Shown: one piece after another, positions 22,877-33,061 of the stretch | Layout of the letters: each line of letters starts with the position of its first letter | How positions within the stretch are numbered: position 1 is the stretch's first letter | From: an uncultured Acidobacteriota bacterium | GTDB lineage: Bacteria > Acidobacteriota > Thermoanaerobaculia > Gp7-AA8 | DNA: 64,000 bases | NCBI GenBank assembly: GCA_963741955.1 | Contig: CAVUKB010000001.1 | Span: 320,001 to 384,000 of the forward strand | Direction: 5' to 3' | The notes under the pieces: generated by a model | Told to the model about the DNA's origin: nothing | What the model saw: only the letters and a program-made list of their open reading frames with translations | Database searches by the model: none | Made by a program: the position numbers and the translations under genes

Positions 22877-24319
22877 ATGGCGAAAATGAATGAAAAGGGA
22901 CGTCTGCTGAAGGTCGGGCTCCTGGTCTCCGCGAGTCTGATCGTGCTGATGGCCTTCCTGTTCTTCATCGGATCGGAGCAGAAGCTTTTCTCACGCAAGA
23001 ACGAGTACCGGGTGCGCCTCGAGAGTGTCTCCGGCCTGGCGGAAGGAAATCCGGTCCAGATCGCCGGCGTCACCGTCGGAACGGTCCGCGACATCCGGCT
23101 GCCGGAGAACCCGAAGGCGCGCACCGTCGACATCGTGATTCAGGTCGACCGGAAGTACGCCGACCGGATCCGGCAGGACTCGCGGGCGAAGCTGAGGAAA
23201 CTCGGGCTCATCGCCTCCGACAGCTACATCGAGATCACACCGGGATCGCCTCAATTTCCGGTTCTCGAGCCGGGATCGATCATTCCCGCGCAACGGCAAA
23301 CGAACGTCGAAGCACTCATCTCTTCCGGCGAGGATCTGGTCGACAACTTCGTGCAGATCTCCTATTCCCTGAAGAACATCCTCCAGCGCGTCGACCGTGG
23401 CGAAGGGCTCCTCGGCGAGCTCACCACACAGCCCGCAAACAAGCAGCGGCTGACCGATACGCTGATGGTCACCCTCAACCGGATGAACAAGATGCTCGGC
23501 CGGGTCGAGAAGGGGGAGGGACTGGTCGGCAAACTGATGTACGACGATGAATACGCGAACGAAGTGGCCGAGTCGCTCCGCTCCAGCGCTCACTCGATGC
23601 GGGTGGTGATGGCCAGCCTCGAGAGCGGTTTCTCGAGCGACAAGGGTGCCGTTCCTGCGCTCCTGACCGATCCCGCGCAACGGGAGAAAGTGGTCGCTCT
23701 GATCGACAATCTCTCCAAGGCATCGGGGAACATCGTGGAGTTCAGCCAGCAGTTGCACGACGGTCAGGGCCTGCTGCCGCGGCTGATCAGCGACAAGGAA
23801 TTCGCCGACCAGTCACTGCAGGAGTTCAACGCCCTGGTGAAGCAGCTCGACACCGTGGCGGCGAAGCTCAACGGCGGCGAAGGGACCGCGGGACGTCTGA
23901 TCAACGATCCCTCCGTGTACGAAAGCATCAATGACATCCTGATCGGGATCAACGAATCGAAGCTGCTGAGATGGCTGATCCGGAATCGTCAGAAGAAGGG
24001 TATCGAGCAACGGTATCAGGTCGAGCAGAAGAATCAGACGGAGAACGGCCCCCCGGCTCCTGATGGGAAGAGCTCCACTTCCTCGGTTCCCGAGCCACCG
24101 CCACCGGCGTCGAAGCTCGAGCCCGGAGAGATTCCTCCCCCTCCGCCACCCCCCGAGCCGGCACCCGCGACGGAAACCGCTCCTGCGGAGCAGACGCCTG
24201 CGGAGCCGGCGACGACGCCGCAGACCGATACGCAATCTCCGCCCGCAGCCGGCGAGCCCGCAGCCGTCCCACTCGCGACGGATACAGTGCAGCCCGAGTC
24301 GCCGCCTCCGGGTTGGTAG
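22877..24319 (+). CDS. mlaD: MCE/MlaD family protein with long helical region and Pro-rich tail
   Basis: TM anchor followed by the MCE domain (GLAEGNPVQIAGVTVGTV, YIEITPG). Confidence 0.88.
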   Translation: MAKMNEKGRLLKVGLLVSASLIVLMAFLFFIGSEQKLFSRKNEYRVRLESVSGLAEGNPVQIAGVTVGTVRDIRLPENPKARTVDIVIQVDRKYADRIRQDSRAKLRKLGLIASDSYIEITPGSPQFPVLEPGSIIPAQRQTNVEALISSGEDLVDNFVQISYSLKNILQRVDRGEGLLGELTTQPANKQRLTDTLMVTLNRMNKMLGRVEKGEGLVGKLMYDDEYANEVAESLRSSAHSMRVVMASLESGFSSDKGAVPALLTDPAQREKVVALIDNLSKASGNIVEFSQQLHDGQGLLPRLISDKEFADQSLQEFNALVKQLDTVAAKLNGGEGTAGRLINDPSVYESINDILIGINESKLLRWLIRNRQKKGIEQRYQVEQKNQTENGPPAPDGKSSTSSVPEPPPPASKLEPGEIPPPPPPPEPAPATETAPAEQTPAEPATTPQTDTQSPPAAGEPAAVPLATDTVQPESPPPGW

Positions 24320-24632
24320 CGAGACTCGGCCCACGCTCGGCTGGACGCGATCATTGCGGGGGCCGTATATCGTTCGCGCGAGTCATCCGGTCGATCCGTA
24401 TTTCTCACGCTGTCTCTGCTGCCGAGGCGGATCGCGGCGTGTCTGTTGCGTTGCATCGAGGCCACTTCGCACCTCCTCGCGACGAGACGATGCGGGAAAT
24501 CCGGGTTAGAATGTCGGCCCGGCAACGGGCTACGGTTCGCCGGAGCGACCGGGTCAGCGCAGTAGTCAACCCGTCCTCCAACCGGAATGTCCCGGTGCGG
24601 GAACGGGAAGGATTCCACTCTAAGGAGCCATC

Positions 24633-25967
24633 GTGAACATTGCGGTCGTTGGAACGGGCTATGTCGGGCTCGTCACCGGAGCCGGTCTGGCCGATTTCGG
24701 GAACGAAGTGACCTGCGTCGACATCGACGAGCGGAAAATTGATGCACTGAATCAGGGGAAGATCCCGATCTACGAACCGGGACTCGATGCGATCGTCGCA
24801 CGAAACGTGGAGGAGGGACGACTCGGCTTCAGCACCGATCTGGCCGGCGCAATCGAGAAAGCGCGGGCGATCTTCATCGCCGTCGGAACGCCCCAGCTCC
24901 CGGACGGGTCGGCCGATCTCCGGTACGTCGAAGACGTGGCCCGATCGATCGCGCACCACATGGATGGCCCGAAGCTGGTGGTCACGAAGTCGACCGTCCC
25001 GATCGGAACGGGGAAGCGCATCCAGCAGATTCTCGCCGAGTCGGGCAAGTCGCATCAGGCCATGGTCGTCTCCAACCCCGAGTTTCTGAGGGAAGGATCG
25101 GCGATCGAAGATTTCATGCGGCCCGACCGCGTGGTGATCGGTTCGTGGGAACCCGAAGCGGCGGAACTTATGAAGGAGATCTATGCCCCGTTGCACTCGC
25201 TCGAGATCCCGTTCGTGGCGACCACGGTCGAGTCGGCGGAGTTGATCAAGTACGCCTCGAATGCATTCCTCGCGACGAAGATCTCGTTCGTCAACGAGAT
25301 CGCCGCCCTCTGCGAAAGGCTCGGCGGCGACATCCAGGACGTGGCGAAAGGGATGGGTCTGGACCAGAGGATCGGACCGAAGTTTCTCCAGGCCGGTCCC
25401 GGCTACGGCGGGTCGTGTTTCCCGAAGGACACCAACGCCCTGGTGGACATCTCCCGTCGTGCCGGCTATTCGTTCCGGATCGTCGAGGCGGTGGTCGAAG
25501 TCAACGAGGCGATCAAACGGAGAATGGTGGACAAGGTTCTCGACGCAGTCGGCGATCTCGCCGGCAGGACCATCGGCGTACTCGGCCTGGCGTTCAAGCC
25601 GGAGACCGACGACATGCGTGAGTCACCGACCATCCCGCTGATCAACGGACTCCAGTCCCTCCGCGCGAACGTACGTGCGTACGATCCCGAAGCGATGGAG
25701 AATGCCCGGACGTTCTTCCCCGACATCACGTTCTGCCGCGATGCGTATGAAACGGCAACCGGTTGCGATGCCCTGGTCATCGCGACCGAGTGGAACGAGT
25801 TTCGCGCGCTGAACCTGGGGCGGATCAGATCCCTCCTGAAGGCGCCGGTGATCGTCGACCTCCGTAACGTATACGACCACCGGCGGATGGAAGCGGAAGG
25901 GTTCCGCTACTACTCGGTCGGCCGGCCGGCCGTAACCAAGCGGCAAGTCGCCGCGGGGGAGCGGTAA
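24633..25967 (+). CDS. ugd: UDP-glucose 6-dehydrogenase
   Basis: [25 protein letters not shown]. Confidence 0.95.
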   Translation: MNIAVVGTGYVGLVTGAGLADFGNEVTCVDIDERKIDALNQGKIPIYEPGLDAIVARNVEEGRLGFSTDLAGAIEKARAIFIAVGTPQLPDGSADLRYVEDVARSIAHHMDGPKLVVTKSTVPIGTGKRIQQILAESGKSHQAMVVSNPEFLREGSAIEDFMRPDRVVIGSWEPEAAELMKEIYAPLHSLEIPFVATTVESAELIKYASNAFLATKISFVNEIAALCERLGGDIQDVAKGMGLDQRIGPKFLQAGPGYGGSCFPKDTNALVDISRRAGYSFRIVEAVVEVNEAIKRRMVDKVLDAVGDLAGRTIGVLGLAFKPETDDMRESPTIPLINGLQSLRANVRAYDPEAMENARTFFPDITFCRDAYETATGCDALVIATEWNEFRALNLGRIRSLLKAPVIVDLRNVYDHRRMEAEGFRYYSVGRPAVTKRQVAAGER

Positions 25968-26938
25968 TGGGGAAAGCGCTGGTCACCGGAGGCGCAGGAT
26001 TTCTCGGATCACATCTCTGCGATCTCTTCCTGGAGAGAGGTCACGAAGTCATCTGCATGGATAACTTCCTGACCGGCTCACCGAACAACATCAAGCATCT
26101 ACTCGGTCGCCCGGGCTTCAGCTTCGTGAAGTACGACGTGACGAACTACATCCACATCGACGGGCCGCTGGACTACGTGCTTCACTTCGCGTCGCCCGCC
26201 AGCCCGATCGATTACCTCGAGAAGCCGATCCAGACTCTGAAGGTCGGTTCTCTCGGGACGCACAAGACGCTCGGAGTGGCCAAGGACAAGAACGCGAGAT
26301 ATCTCCTTGCATCCACCTCCGAAGTTTATGGCGATCCACTCGTCCACCCGCAGCGGGAGGATTACTGGGGGAACGTCAATCCGGTCGGGCCGCGCGGAGT
26401 CTACGACGAGGCGAAGCGATTCGCGGAAGCGATGACCATGGCCTACCGCCGTTTCCACCACGTGGACACACGCATTGTCCGCATCTTCAACACGTATGGG
26501 GAGAGAATGCGGATGAATGACGGACGGGTGGTCCCGGCGTTCGTTTCCCAGGCGCTCCGCGGTGAGGATATGACGGTGTTCGGAGATGGATCACAGACCC
26601 GGTCGTTCTGCTACGTCTCGGATCTGGTGGAAGGCATCTACCGGCTGCTGATGTCGGACGAGGCGCAGCCCGTCAACATCGGAAATCCGAACGAGCTGAC
26701 GGTGCTGGAGTTCGCAAAGCAGATCCGGAAAGCCACCGATTCGACCTCCGAGATCGTGTTCAAAGCTCTTCCGGAGGATGACCCGAAGATTCGCAGACCC
26801 GATATTACCAAGGCGAGGGAAATTCTCGACTGGGAGCCGCACGTGCCGCTGGAAGAAGGACTGAAGCGAACGGTCGCGTATTTTCGCGAGCGGATCCTCG
26901 ACCAGGCCGCGGCAACTCCGGCGACCGGCAACTCATGA
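25967..26938 (+). CDS. uxs: UDP-glucuronate decarboxylase (UDP-xylose synthase) family SDR
   Basis: [37 protein letters not shown]. Confidence 0.88.
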   Translation: MGKALVTGGAGFLGSHLCDLFLERGHEVICMDNFLTGSPNNIKHLLGRPGFSFVKYDVTNYIHIDGPLDYVLHFASPASPIDYLEKPIQTLKVGSLGTHKTLGVAKDKNARYLLASTSEVYGDPLVHPQREDYWGNVNPVGPRGVYDEAKRFAEAMTMAYRRFHHVDTRIVRIFNTYGERMRMNDGRVVPAFVSQALRGEDMTVFGDGSQTRSFCYVSDLVEGIYRLLMSDEAQPVNIGNPNELTVLEFAKQIRKATDSTSEIVFKALPEDDPKIRRPDITKAREILDWEPHVPLEEGLKRTVAYFRERILDQAAATPATGNS

Positions 26939-26952
26939 TGCGGGAGGGCGCG

Positions 26953-27468
26953 ATGCAGGAGATCACCTCTTCGGACAAGAAGCTCTGCTGGATTCATCCC
27001 GATCCGGCGCAGCGCTATTTCGAGCTGGTCGCGGACTCCGAGCCGGTGGCGAAGCTCCAGCTTCAGCAAGGGATCGTCGCGCTCGCGCACGCCGAGGCGG
27101 CCGAGGGGCGCTGGACGTTCAAGCAGGTCGGATTTCTCCATCCTCACGTCACGGTCCGGCAGCAGGGAGCCGACGTCAACGTCGCTAAATTCGAGCCGAA
27201 TGCGAGCGGCGGCGGCGCGCTTCATTTTCCCGACGGCCGGAGCTTTCGCTGGGTCAGCAACTTCTGGCTCTCGGAGTGGTCGTGGACCGACGTGGCGGAC
27301 AATCGGGTAATGTCGTTCCGCCGCGACTTCGCCATCGACAAGCGTGAGGGTGAGCTGACGCTCCGTCTCGACGCGAAGGAGATTCCACACCTCTCGATCC
27401 TCGCGCTGCTCGGCTGGTATCTGATCATCATGCTCGCTGACGAAGCCGCAATGACCAACTTGACGTAG
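26953..27468 (+). CDS. Hypothetical protein (Trp-rich, beta-strand-rich, hydrophobic C-terminal helix)
   Basis: Coding-like ORF with GGAGG RBS; start at 26935, 26938 or 26953. Confidence 0.7.
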   Translation: MQEITSSDKKLCWIHPDPAQRYFELVADSEPVAKLQLQQGIVALAHAEAAEGRWTFKQVGFLHPHVTVRQQGADVNVAKFEPNASGGGALHFPDGRSFRWVSNFWLSEWSWTDVADNRVMSFRRDFAIDKREGELTLRLDAKEIPHLSILALLGWYLIIMLADEAAMTNLT

Positions 27469-27635
27469 TCGGCGCGGGCGCTGCGGGCGTCCCGCTCGCA
27501 AGGGCGAACGCAGCGAGGCTGCTTCTTTCCGGTACAGCCGTTCACATTCTCCTGGAGGACGTCCGGAGAGGCTTCCCGCATGTTCCCTGAAGGCGCGGCC
27601 TGTGTTAGTCTGCGCACGCTTTGAAGACGAATCCG

Positions 27636-28934
27636 ATGCAGAACGTCGCCGTGATCGGCGCCCAGTGGGGAGACGAAGGGAAAGGGAAGATCGTCGATCT
27701 TCTCTGTGAGCATTTCGACGTCGTGGCCCGGTATCAGGGAGGGCACAACGCGGGGCACACGGTACGCTTCGGTGACCACCACTACTCGCTTCATCTCGTT
27801 CCCTCCGGAGTCCTCCATCCCGGAAAGCTCTGTGTGCTCGGAAACGGGATGGTCATCGATCCGGAAGCGCTCCGGAACGAGATGGAGAACCTGGAGAAAT
27901 CGGGTGTCGCATTCGACGACAACCTCCGGATAAGCGACGCCGCACATTGCATTCTCCCCATCCACGCTGCCCTCGACCAGGCGCGGGAAGCCGCCGCGGG
28001 GAGCGCGAAGATCGGTACCACCGGACGAGGAATCGGACCGGCGTACGAGACGAAGGTGAGCCGCTTCGGCATTCTGATGGGGGACCTTCTCGACCGCCCG
28101 ACTCTGGAGAGGAAGGTCCGCATCCTCGCCGGCGAAAAGAACGCCATTCTGCAGAGCGTCTACGGAAAAGAGCCGTTCGACCCCGAGCGGCTCGTCGCCG
28201 ATCTTCTCGGGTACGGTGAGATGTTCCGCGATCGGATCTGTGACACTACGAAGCTCCTCTACGACCAGATCCGGGCGGGGCGGCGGGTGATGTTCGAAGG
28301 AGCGCAGGGAACGCTCCTCGACGTCGATCACGGGACCTATCCCTACGTCACCGCGTCCAACTGTACCGCCGGTGGCGTTGCGACCGGACTCGGCGTCGCG
28401 CCGCGATTCATCAACGGCGTCTATGCCGTCGTGAAGGCATACACGACGCGGGTCGGAGAGGGGCCGTTCCCCACCGAGCTCACTGACGAAGTCGGCGATC
28501 GGATCCGCGAGCGCGGCAACGAGTTCGGAACCACCACCGGACGCCCGCGCAGGATCGGCTGGCTCGACCTCGTGGTTCTGCATTCCGCACACATGCTGAG
28601 CGGGATCGATGCGATCGCACTGACGAAGCTCGACGTCCTCGACGACTTCGAGGAGATCCCCGTCTGCGTCGGCTATCGGGTCAAGGGGGAGATGCACCGC
28701 ACCTTCCCGCGCTTCGCCGTCGCTCGTGGTGAGTTCGAACCGGTCTACGAGACGCTTCCGGGATGGCACCGCTCCACGGTCGGGATCAACCGTTTCGAGG
28801 ACCTTCCTCAGGCGGCCCGCGACTACGTGCGCTTCATCGAGGAGCAACTCGGAGTCTCGATCAGCATCGTCTCGACCGGCCCCCGTCGTGAAGAGACCAT
28901 CCTCCGCGAAGACGCCGTCCTCTCGCGGGACTAG
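27636..28934 (+). CDS. purA: Adenylosuccinate synthetase
   Basis: GAQWGDEGKGK, GHNAGHT, IGTTGRGIGPAY. Confidence 0.98.
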   Translation: MQNVAVIGAQWGDEGKGKIVDLLCEHFDVVARYQGGHNAGHTVRFGDHHYSLHLVPSGVLHPGKLCVLGNGMVIDPEALRNEMENLEKSGVAFDDNLRISDAAHCILPIHAALDQAREAAAGSAKIGTTGRGIGPAYETKVSRFGILMGDLLDRPTLERKVRILAGEKNAILQSVYGKEPFDPERLVADLLGYGEMFRDRICDTTKLLYDQIRAGRRVMFEGAQGTLLDVDHGTYPYVTASNCTAGGVATGLGVAPRFINGVYAVVKAYTTRVGEGPFPTELTDEVGDRIRERGNEFGTTTGRPRRIGWLDLVVLHSAHMLSGIDAIALTKLDVLDDFEEIPVCVGYRVKGEMHRTFPRFAVARGEFEPVYETLPGWHRSTVGINRFEDLPQAARDYVRFIEEQLGVSISIVSTGPRREETILREDAVLSRD

Positions 28935-29069
28935 AGGCTCGCGTTTCGCCGCTCGAGCTACGCGATTGCGTGAGATGGGCAAAGGAGCGCTCCGCTTCTG
29001 CCGTGGGTGGGTGTGGGGCAGCGCTGGCGCACGTGCCGTGTTCCGCGCGGCGGATTGCAGATCCGCGCT

Positions 29070-29167
29070 CCCCGAGCCTCGAACCTCGAACCCCGAGTCC
29101 CGAGCCTCGAGCCTCGAGCCCCGAGCCTCGCGTCCCGAGCCCCGAGCCCCGAGCCTCGCGTCCCGCG
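29070..29167 (+). repeat. Heptamer tandem array, 14 x YCYCGMR
   Basis: Contiguous ccccgag/cctcgaa/tcccgag/cctcgag/cctcgcg units. Confidence 0.9.
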
Positions 29168-29191
29168 CCTCTCTGCTATCATTCGCCCGCC

Positions 29192-30712
29192 ATGACCGAG
29201 CTCGCGATCGACGGCCTTTCTCTGACCCTCGCGGACGTCCGCGCAGTCGCCTCCGGAGAGGCGAAGGTGATTCTCTCCGCGCCGGCGCGCCAACGGATGC
29301 TCGCCTCGCGGGCGGTGATCGAGTCGATGGTCCGCGAAGGGCGGACCGTTTACGGCGTCACCACCGGATTCGGGGTTTTCTCCGAGGTCGCGATCTCGCG
29401 CGAGAAGGTTCTGGAGCTGCAGAAGAACCTGATTCTCTCGCACTGCGCCGGAGTCGGAGAGCCGTATCCGGTGGAAGTGGTCCGAGCGATGATGCTGCTC
29501 CGGGCGAACGCGCTGGCCCGCGGCAACTCGGGGATCCGGATCGAGGTGGTCGAGAGGCTTCTTCGTCTGATCGAGAGCGGAATGACGCCGGTGGTTCCTT
29601 CTCAGGGATCAGTCGGCGCTTCGGGAGATCTGGCTCCGCTCGCGCATCTCGCCGCCTCCCTGATGGGAGTGGGAGAGATGTGGCACGAAGGGAAGCGCAT
29701 TGCCGCATCCGACGCTCTCTCCCGGATCGGTCTCGAACCGGTCCGCTACGAGGCGAAGGAAGGGATCGCCATGATCAACGGCACACAGGCGATCTCCGCG
29801 GTGGGAGGGCTCGCGCTCGAGCGCGCCCGGACGCTCCTCGATCTCGCCGACGGAATCGCGGCGATGACTCTCGATGCGCTGCGGGGAACCGACGCCGCAT
29901 TCGATCCGCGGATCCACGCGCTGCGTCCACATGCCGGACAGATCACCGTGGCTCGACGGATGCGGAACCTCGTCGACGGCAGCCCGCTCCGGGAGTCGCA
30001 TCGCAGCTGCGGAAAAGTGCAGGACGCCTATTCGCTCCGCTGCATCCCGCAGGTTCACGGAGCCGTGCGCGATGCGGTCGGTTTCGCCCTCTCGAAACTG
30101 GAGATCGAGATCAACTCCGTCACCGATAATCCGCTCATCTTCCCCGAAGACGGTCAGGCGATCTCGGGCGGGAACTTCCACGGTGCACCGGTGGCGATGG
30201 CCTGCGACGTCGCAGCGCTCGCCCTGACCGATCTCGCGTCCATCAGCGAGCGGCGGATCGAGCGTCTGGTGAATCCTCAGCTCTCGGAGCTTCCCCCGTT
30301 CCTGGTTCGGGAAGGGGGGATCAACAGCGGCTTCATGATCGCTCAGGTGACTGCTGCTGCGCTCGTCGCGGAATCCCGGGCGCTCTCCCACCCCGCCTCC
30401 GTCGATTCGATTCCCACCTCGGCGAACAAGGAAGACCACGTCTCGATGGGTCCAACCGCGGCCTGGAAGCTCTCCCGCATCGTCGAGAACGTCGCGTCCG
30501 TGCTCACCATCGAGATCCTCTGCGCGGCCCAGGCGCTCGAATTCCATCGTCCGCTGACCTCGTCGGAGCCGGTCGAAGCGATGCACCGCCTCGTGAGATC
30601 CCGGGTTCCGGTGTGGGAATCCGACCGTTACCTGCATGCCGACCTGATGCAGGTGCGCGAGATGCTCCCCGCTCTCGCTTCAGCGCTCTCCACGTTCGAT
30701 CTCGACCGCTGA
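29192..30712 (+). CDS. hutH: Histidine ammonia-lyase
   Basis: YGVTTGFG; MIO motif GSVGASGDL; LILSH His-specificity motif. Confidence 0.95.
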   Translation: MTELAIDGLSLTLADVRAVASGEAKVILSAPARQRMLASRAVIESMVREGRTVYGVTTGFGVFSEVAISREKVLELQKNLILSHCAGVGEPYPVEVVRAMMLLRANALARGNSGIRIEVVERLLRLIESGMTPVVPSQGSVGASGDLAPLAHLAASLMGVGEMWHEGKRIAASDALSRIGLEPVRYEAKEGIAMINGTQAISAVGGLALERARTLLDLADGIAAMTLDALRGTDAAFDPRIHALRPHAGQITVARRMRNLVDGSPLRESHRSCGKVQDAYSLRCIPQVHGAVRDAVGFALSKLEIEINSVTDNPLIFPEDGQAISGGNFHGAPVAMACDVAALALTDLASISERRIERLVNPQLSELPPFLVREGGINSGFMIAQVTAAALVAESRALSHPASVDSIPTSANKEDHVSMGPTAAWKLSRIVENVASVLTIEILCAAQALEFHRPLTSSEPVEAMHRLVRSRVPVWESDRYLHADLMQVREMLPALASALSTFDLDR

Positions 30713-30789
30713 CGCCGCCATCCGCTGCCGGCGGATTGATGGGGCCTCCCCGAGTGGTTATAGTGAAGGACATCCGAGGGAGGTGCACG

Positions 30790-31419
30790 ATGAGCGTCGA
30801 AACTTCAAAGCCGGTCGAGCTTCAGAGTTCCTCTCCGACCTTCATCCCGCTCCAGAAATTCGTCTCGGATATCGAGGTGATGTCGCGCGGGACGACGACC
30901 AAGCAGGAGCTGTACGACTATCTCGTGCAGCATCAGATCTCACCCGACGAGCTCCGGCCGTACGAGCACTGGCTGAAGGAGAGGCACACGCGGAATCTCA
31001 TCTTCCGCAACCAGAACGTCGAGATCATGGTTCTCTGCTGGAACGTCGGCAATGTCACTCCGCTCCACACCCATAACGGACAGCTCGGATGGATGTCGAT
31101 GGTGCGCGGCAGACTGATGGTGGAGAATTATCGTGTGGTCCGCTGCAACCGTCCGGAGAACCAGCAGGTGGTGGGGATCGACTGCCTGGCCGGGGCGACG
31201 GAGATCGAGATGGAGAAGCTGAGCACCGAGCACTGCATCCCGGGTGGCCCGATCAATACGGTCGACAAGACCCAGACCATCCACCGGATTCTCAATCCCG
31301 CCGAGTGGAACGAGCCGGCGGTGAGCCTCCACATCTACTCTCGGCCGATCGATTCGTGCGTCGTCTTCGATCTCGAGAACCAGCGCTGCTCCCGCCGCGA
31401 CCTCAGCTACGACAACTGA
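30790..31419 (+). CDS. Cysteine dioxygenase family cupin
   Basis: TRNLI, TPLHTH, IHRI, SLHIYS. Confidence 0.85.
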   Translation: MSVETSKPVELQSSSPTFIPLQKFVSDIEVMSRGTTTKQELYDYLVQHQISPDELRPYEHWLKERHTRNLIFRNQNVEIMVLCWNVGNVTPLHTHNGQLGWMSMVRGRLMVENYRVVRCNRPENQQVVGIDCLAGATEIEMEKLSTEHCIPGGPINTVDKTQTIHRILNPAEWNEPAVSLHIYSRPIDSCVVFDLENQRCSRRDLSYDN

Positions 31420-31542
31420 TCCGGCGCGGTGGCGAAAAGGTCTCACCGGGACTCCGAAACGCGCGGGCTCATAGCGTCCCCCCCGAGTTGATAGAATGCC
31501 CCGGAATTCACCAGTCGCCGCCCGCGACGGAGCGAGGGAACG

Positions 31543-32727
31543 ATGTCGTTGATCAACACAATCAGCAGCGAGCTCGAGCAGATGCAGAAGGAGGGGACCC
31601 TGAAGAAGGAGCTCCCGCTCCGCGGTCCTCAGGGACCGGTCGTCGAAGTCGAAGGCGTTGGTGAGGTCGTGATGCTGACCTCCAACAACTATCTCGGACT
31701 CGCCAACCACCCGGCGATCGTCGAGGCGGCCGAGAAAGCCGAGCAGCAGTACGGCTACGGTCTCGCTTCGGTGCGGTTCATCTGCGGTACGCAGGAGATC
31801 CACAAGGAGCTGGAGGCGAAGCTCTCGGAGTTTTTCGGAACCGACGACGCGATCCTTTACGGTTCGTGCTGGAACGCGAACGAGGGGCTCTTCCAGACCA
31901 TCCTCACCGAAGAAGACGGGGTCTTCTCGGACGAGCTGAATCACGCTTCGATCATCGACGGAATCCGGCTCGCCCGCTGCCGGAAGCTCCGCTACAGGAA
32001 TCGCGACGTGGGTGATCTCCGGCGTCTGCTCGAGGAGAATCGCGATCTGAGGAACCGGTTGATCATGACCGACGGCGTGTTCTCGATGGAGGGATCGCTC
32101 GCTCCAATCCAGGAACTGGTGGAAGTGGCGAAGGAATTCGACGCGTTCCTCGTGGTCGATGATTCGCACGGGACGGGAGTGCTCGGGAAGACGGGAAGGG
32201 GGACGGCGGAGGAGCTCGACTCGTTCGGGAGCATCAACGCGTACACCTCGACACTCGGGAAGGCTCTGGGGGGATCGCATGGGGGATTCACCACCGGGCC
32301 GAAAGAGCTGATCGAGTACCTGCGGCAGAAATCGCGCCCCTATCTCTTCTCGAACACTCTTCCTCCTGCGGTCGTGATGGGATCGATCGCCGCGCTGGAG
32401 CTCCTCGCCCGCGACCCGTCATTCCTCAAGCGTCTTCGCGAGAACACGACCTACTTCCGTAAGAAGCTGACCGATGCGGGTCTGCAGATCCGCGAAGGCG
32501 TGCATCCGATCGTCCCGATCATCATCGGGGACACGGCCAAAGCGATCAGGATGTCGCGCGAGCTTCTGCAGAAAGGTGTGTACGTCTCCGGGTTCGGATT
32601 TCCGGTCGTTCCACAGGGACAGGCACGGCTCCGTTGTCAGATCAGCGCCGCACACACGCGAGAGCACCTCGATCGCGCGATCACCGCGATCGTGGAGCTC
32701 GCGGAGAAGTACGGCGCGATTGCGTGA
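31543..32727 (+). CDS. kbl: Glycine C-acetyltransferase (2-amino-3-ketobutyrate CoA ligase)
   Basis: SNNYLGL, SVRFICGT, NHASIIDG, TLGKALGG, SRPYLFSN. Confidence 0.93.
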   Translation: MSLINTISSELEQMQKEGTLKKELPLRGPQGPVVEVEGVGEVVMLTSNNYLGLANHPAIVEAAEKAEQQYGYGLASVRFICGTQEIHKELEAKLSEFFGTDDAILYGSCWNANEGLFQTILTEEDGVFSDELNHASIIDGIRLARCRKLRYRNRDVGDLRRLLEENRDLRNRLIMTDGVFSMEGSLAPIQELVEVAKEFDAFLVVDDSHGTGVLGKTGRGTAEELDSFGSINAYTSTLGKALGGSHGGFTTGPKELIEYLRQKSRPYLFSNTLPPAVVMGSIAALELLARDPSFLKRLRENTTYFRKKLTDAGLQIREGVHPIVPIIIGDTAKAIRMSRELLQKGVYVSGFGFPVVPQGQARLRCQISAAHTREHLDRAITAIVELAEKYGAIA

Positions 32728-33061
32728 GACGCAGATCCTGAGCAGAGCGACGATCGGCTGAAGACGAGCAACTCCCCCGGATCTCCCTCTGAGATCCGCG
32801 AATCCCTCCACGTGGCCGGTGAATAATCCGGGCTGAAGGGTCACGTCTTACCCTCTCCGGATTACCTCCTTGTCATTCTGGCCCCGACCTGGCTCCGACG
32901 AGCCTGGTTCACTCCTTTTGAGCAAGAGTTTTGCACCTGCTCAGCCGTTGCTGATGACGCACATTTCGTCCGAGCGGCAACTCCGTCGACCCAGGTGAAG
33001 CAGGTCCCTTTGCGCCTTCGGATGCGGCGCGGTGCGACCACGGACGAAGAAGGGAGAGACG

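Noticed and set aside
29070-29167. CRISPR array (also considered for 42940-42993 and 18398-18439)
   Set aside because: Units are 7-11 nt with no spacers, and there are no cas genes.
28970-29191. N-terminal extension of HutH in the ORF track
   Set aside because: It is a translation of the REP-like and heptamer repeats; homology starts at ATG 29192.
29192-30712. Ammonia-lyase as a Tyr/Phe lyase supplying the PKS starter unit
   Set aside because: It has the His-specific SH motif (LILSH) and lies 23 kb from the cluster.
32859-32871. 16S rRNA 3'-end-like GGATTACCTCCTT
   Set aside because: Short match with no other rRNA sequence around it.
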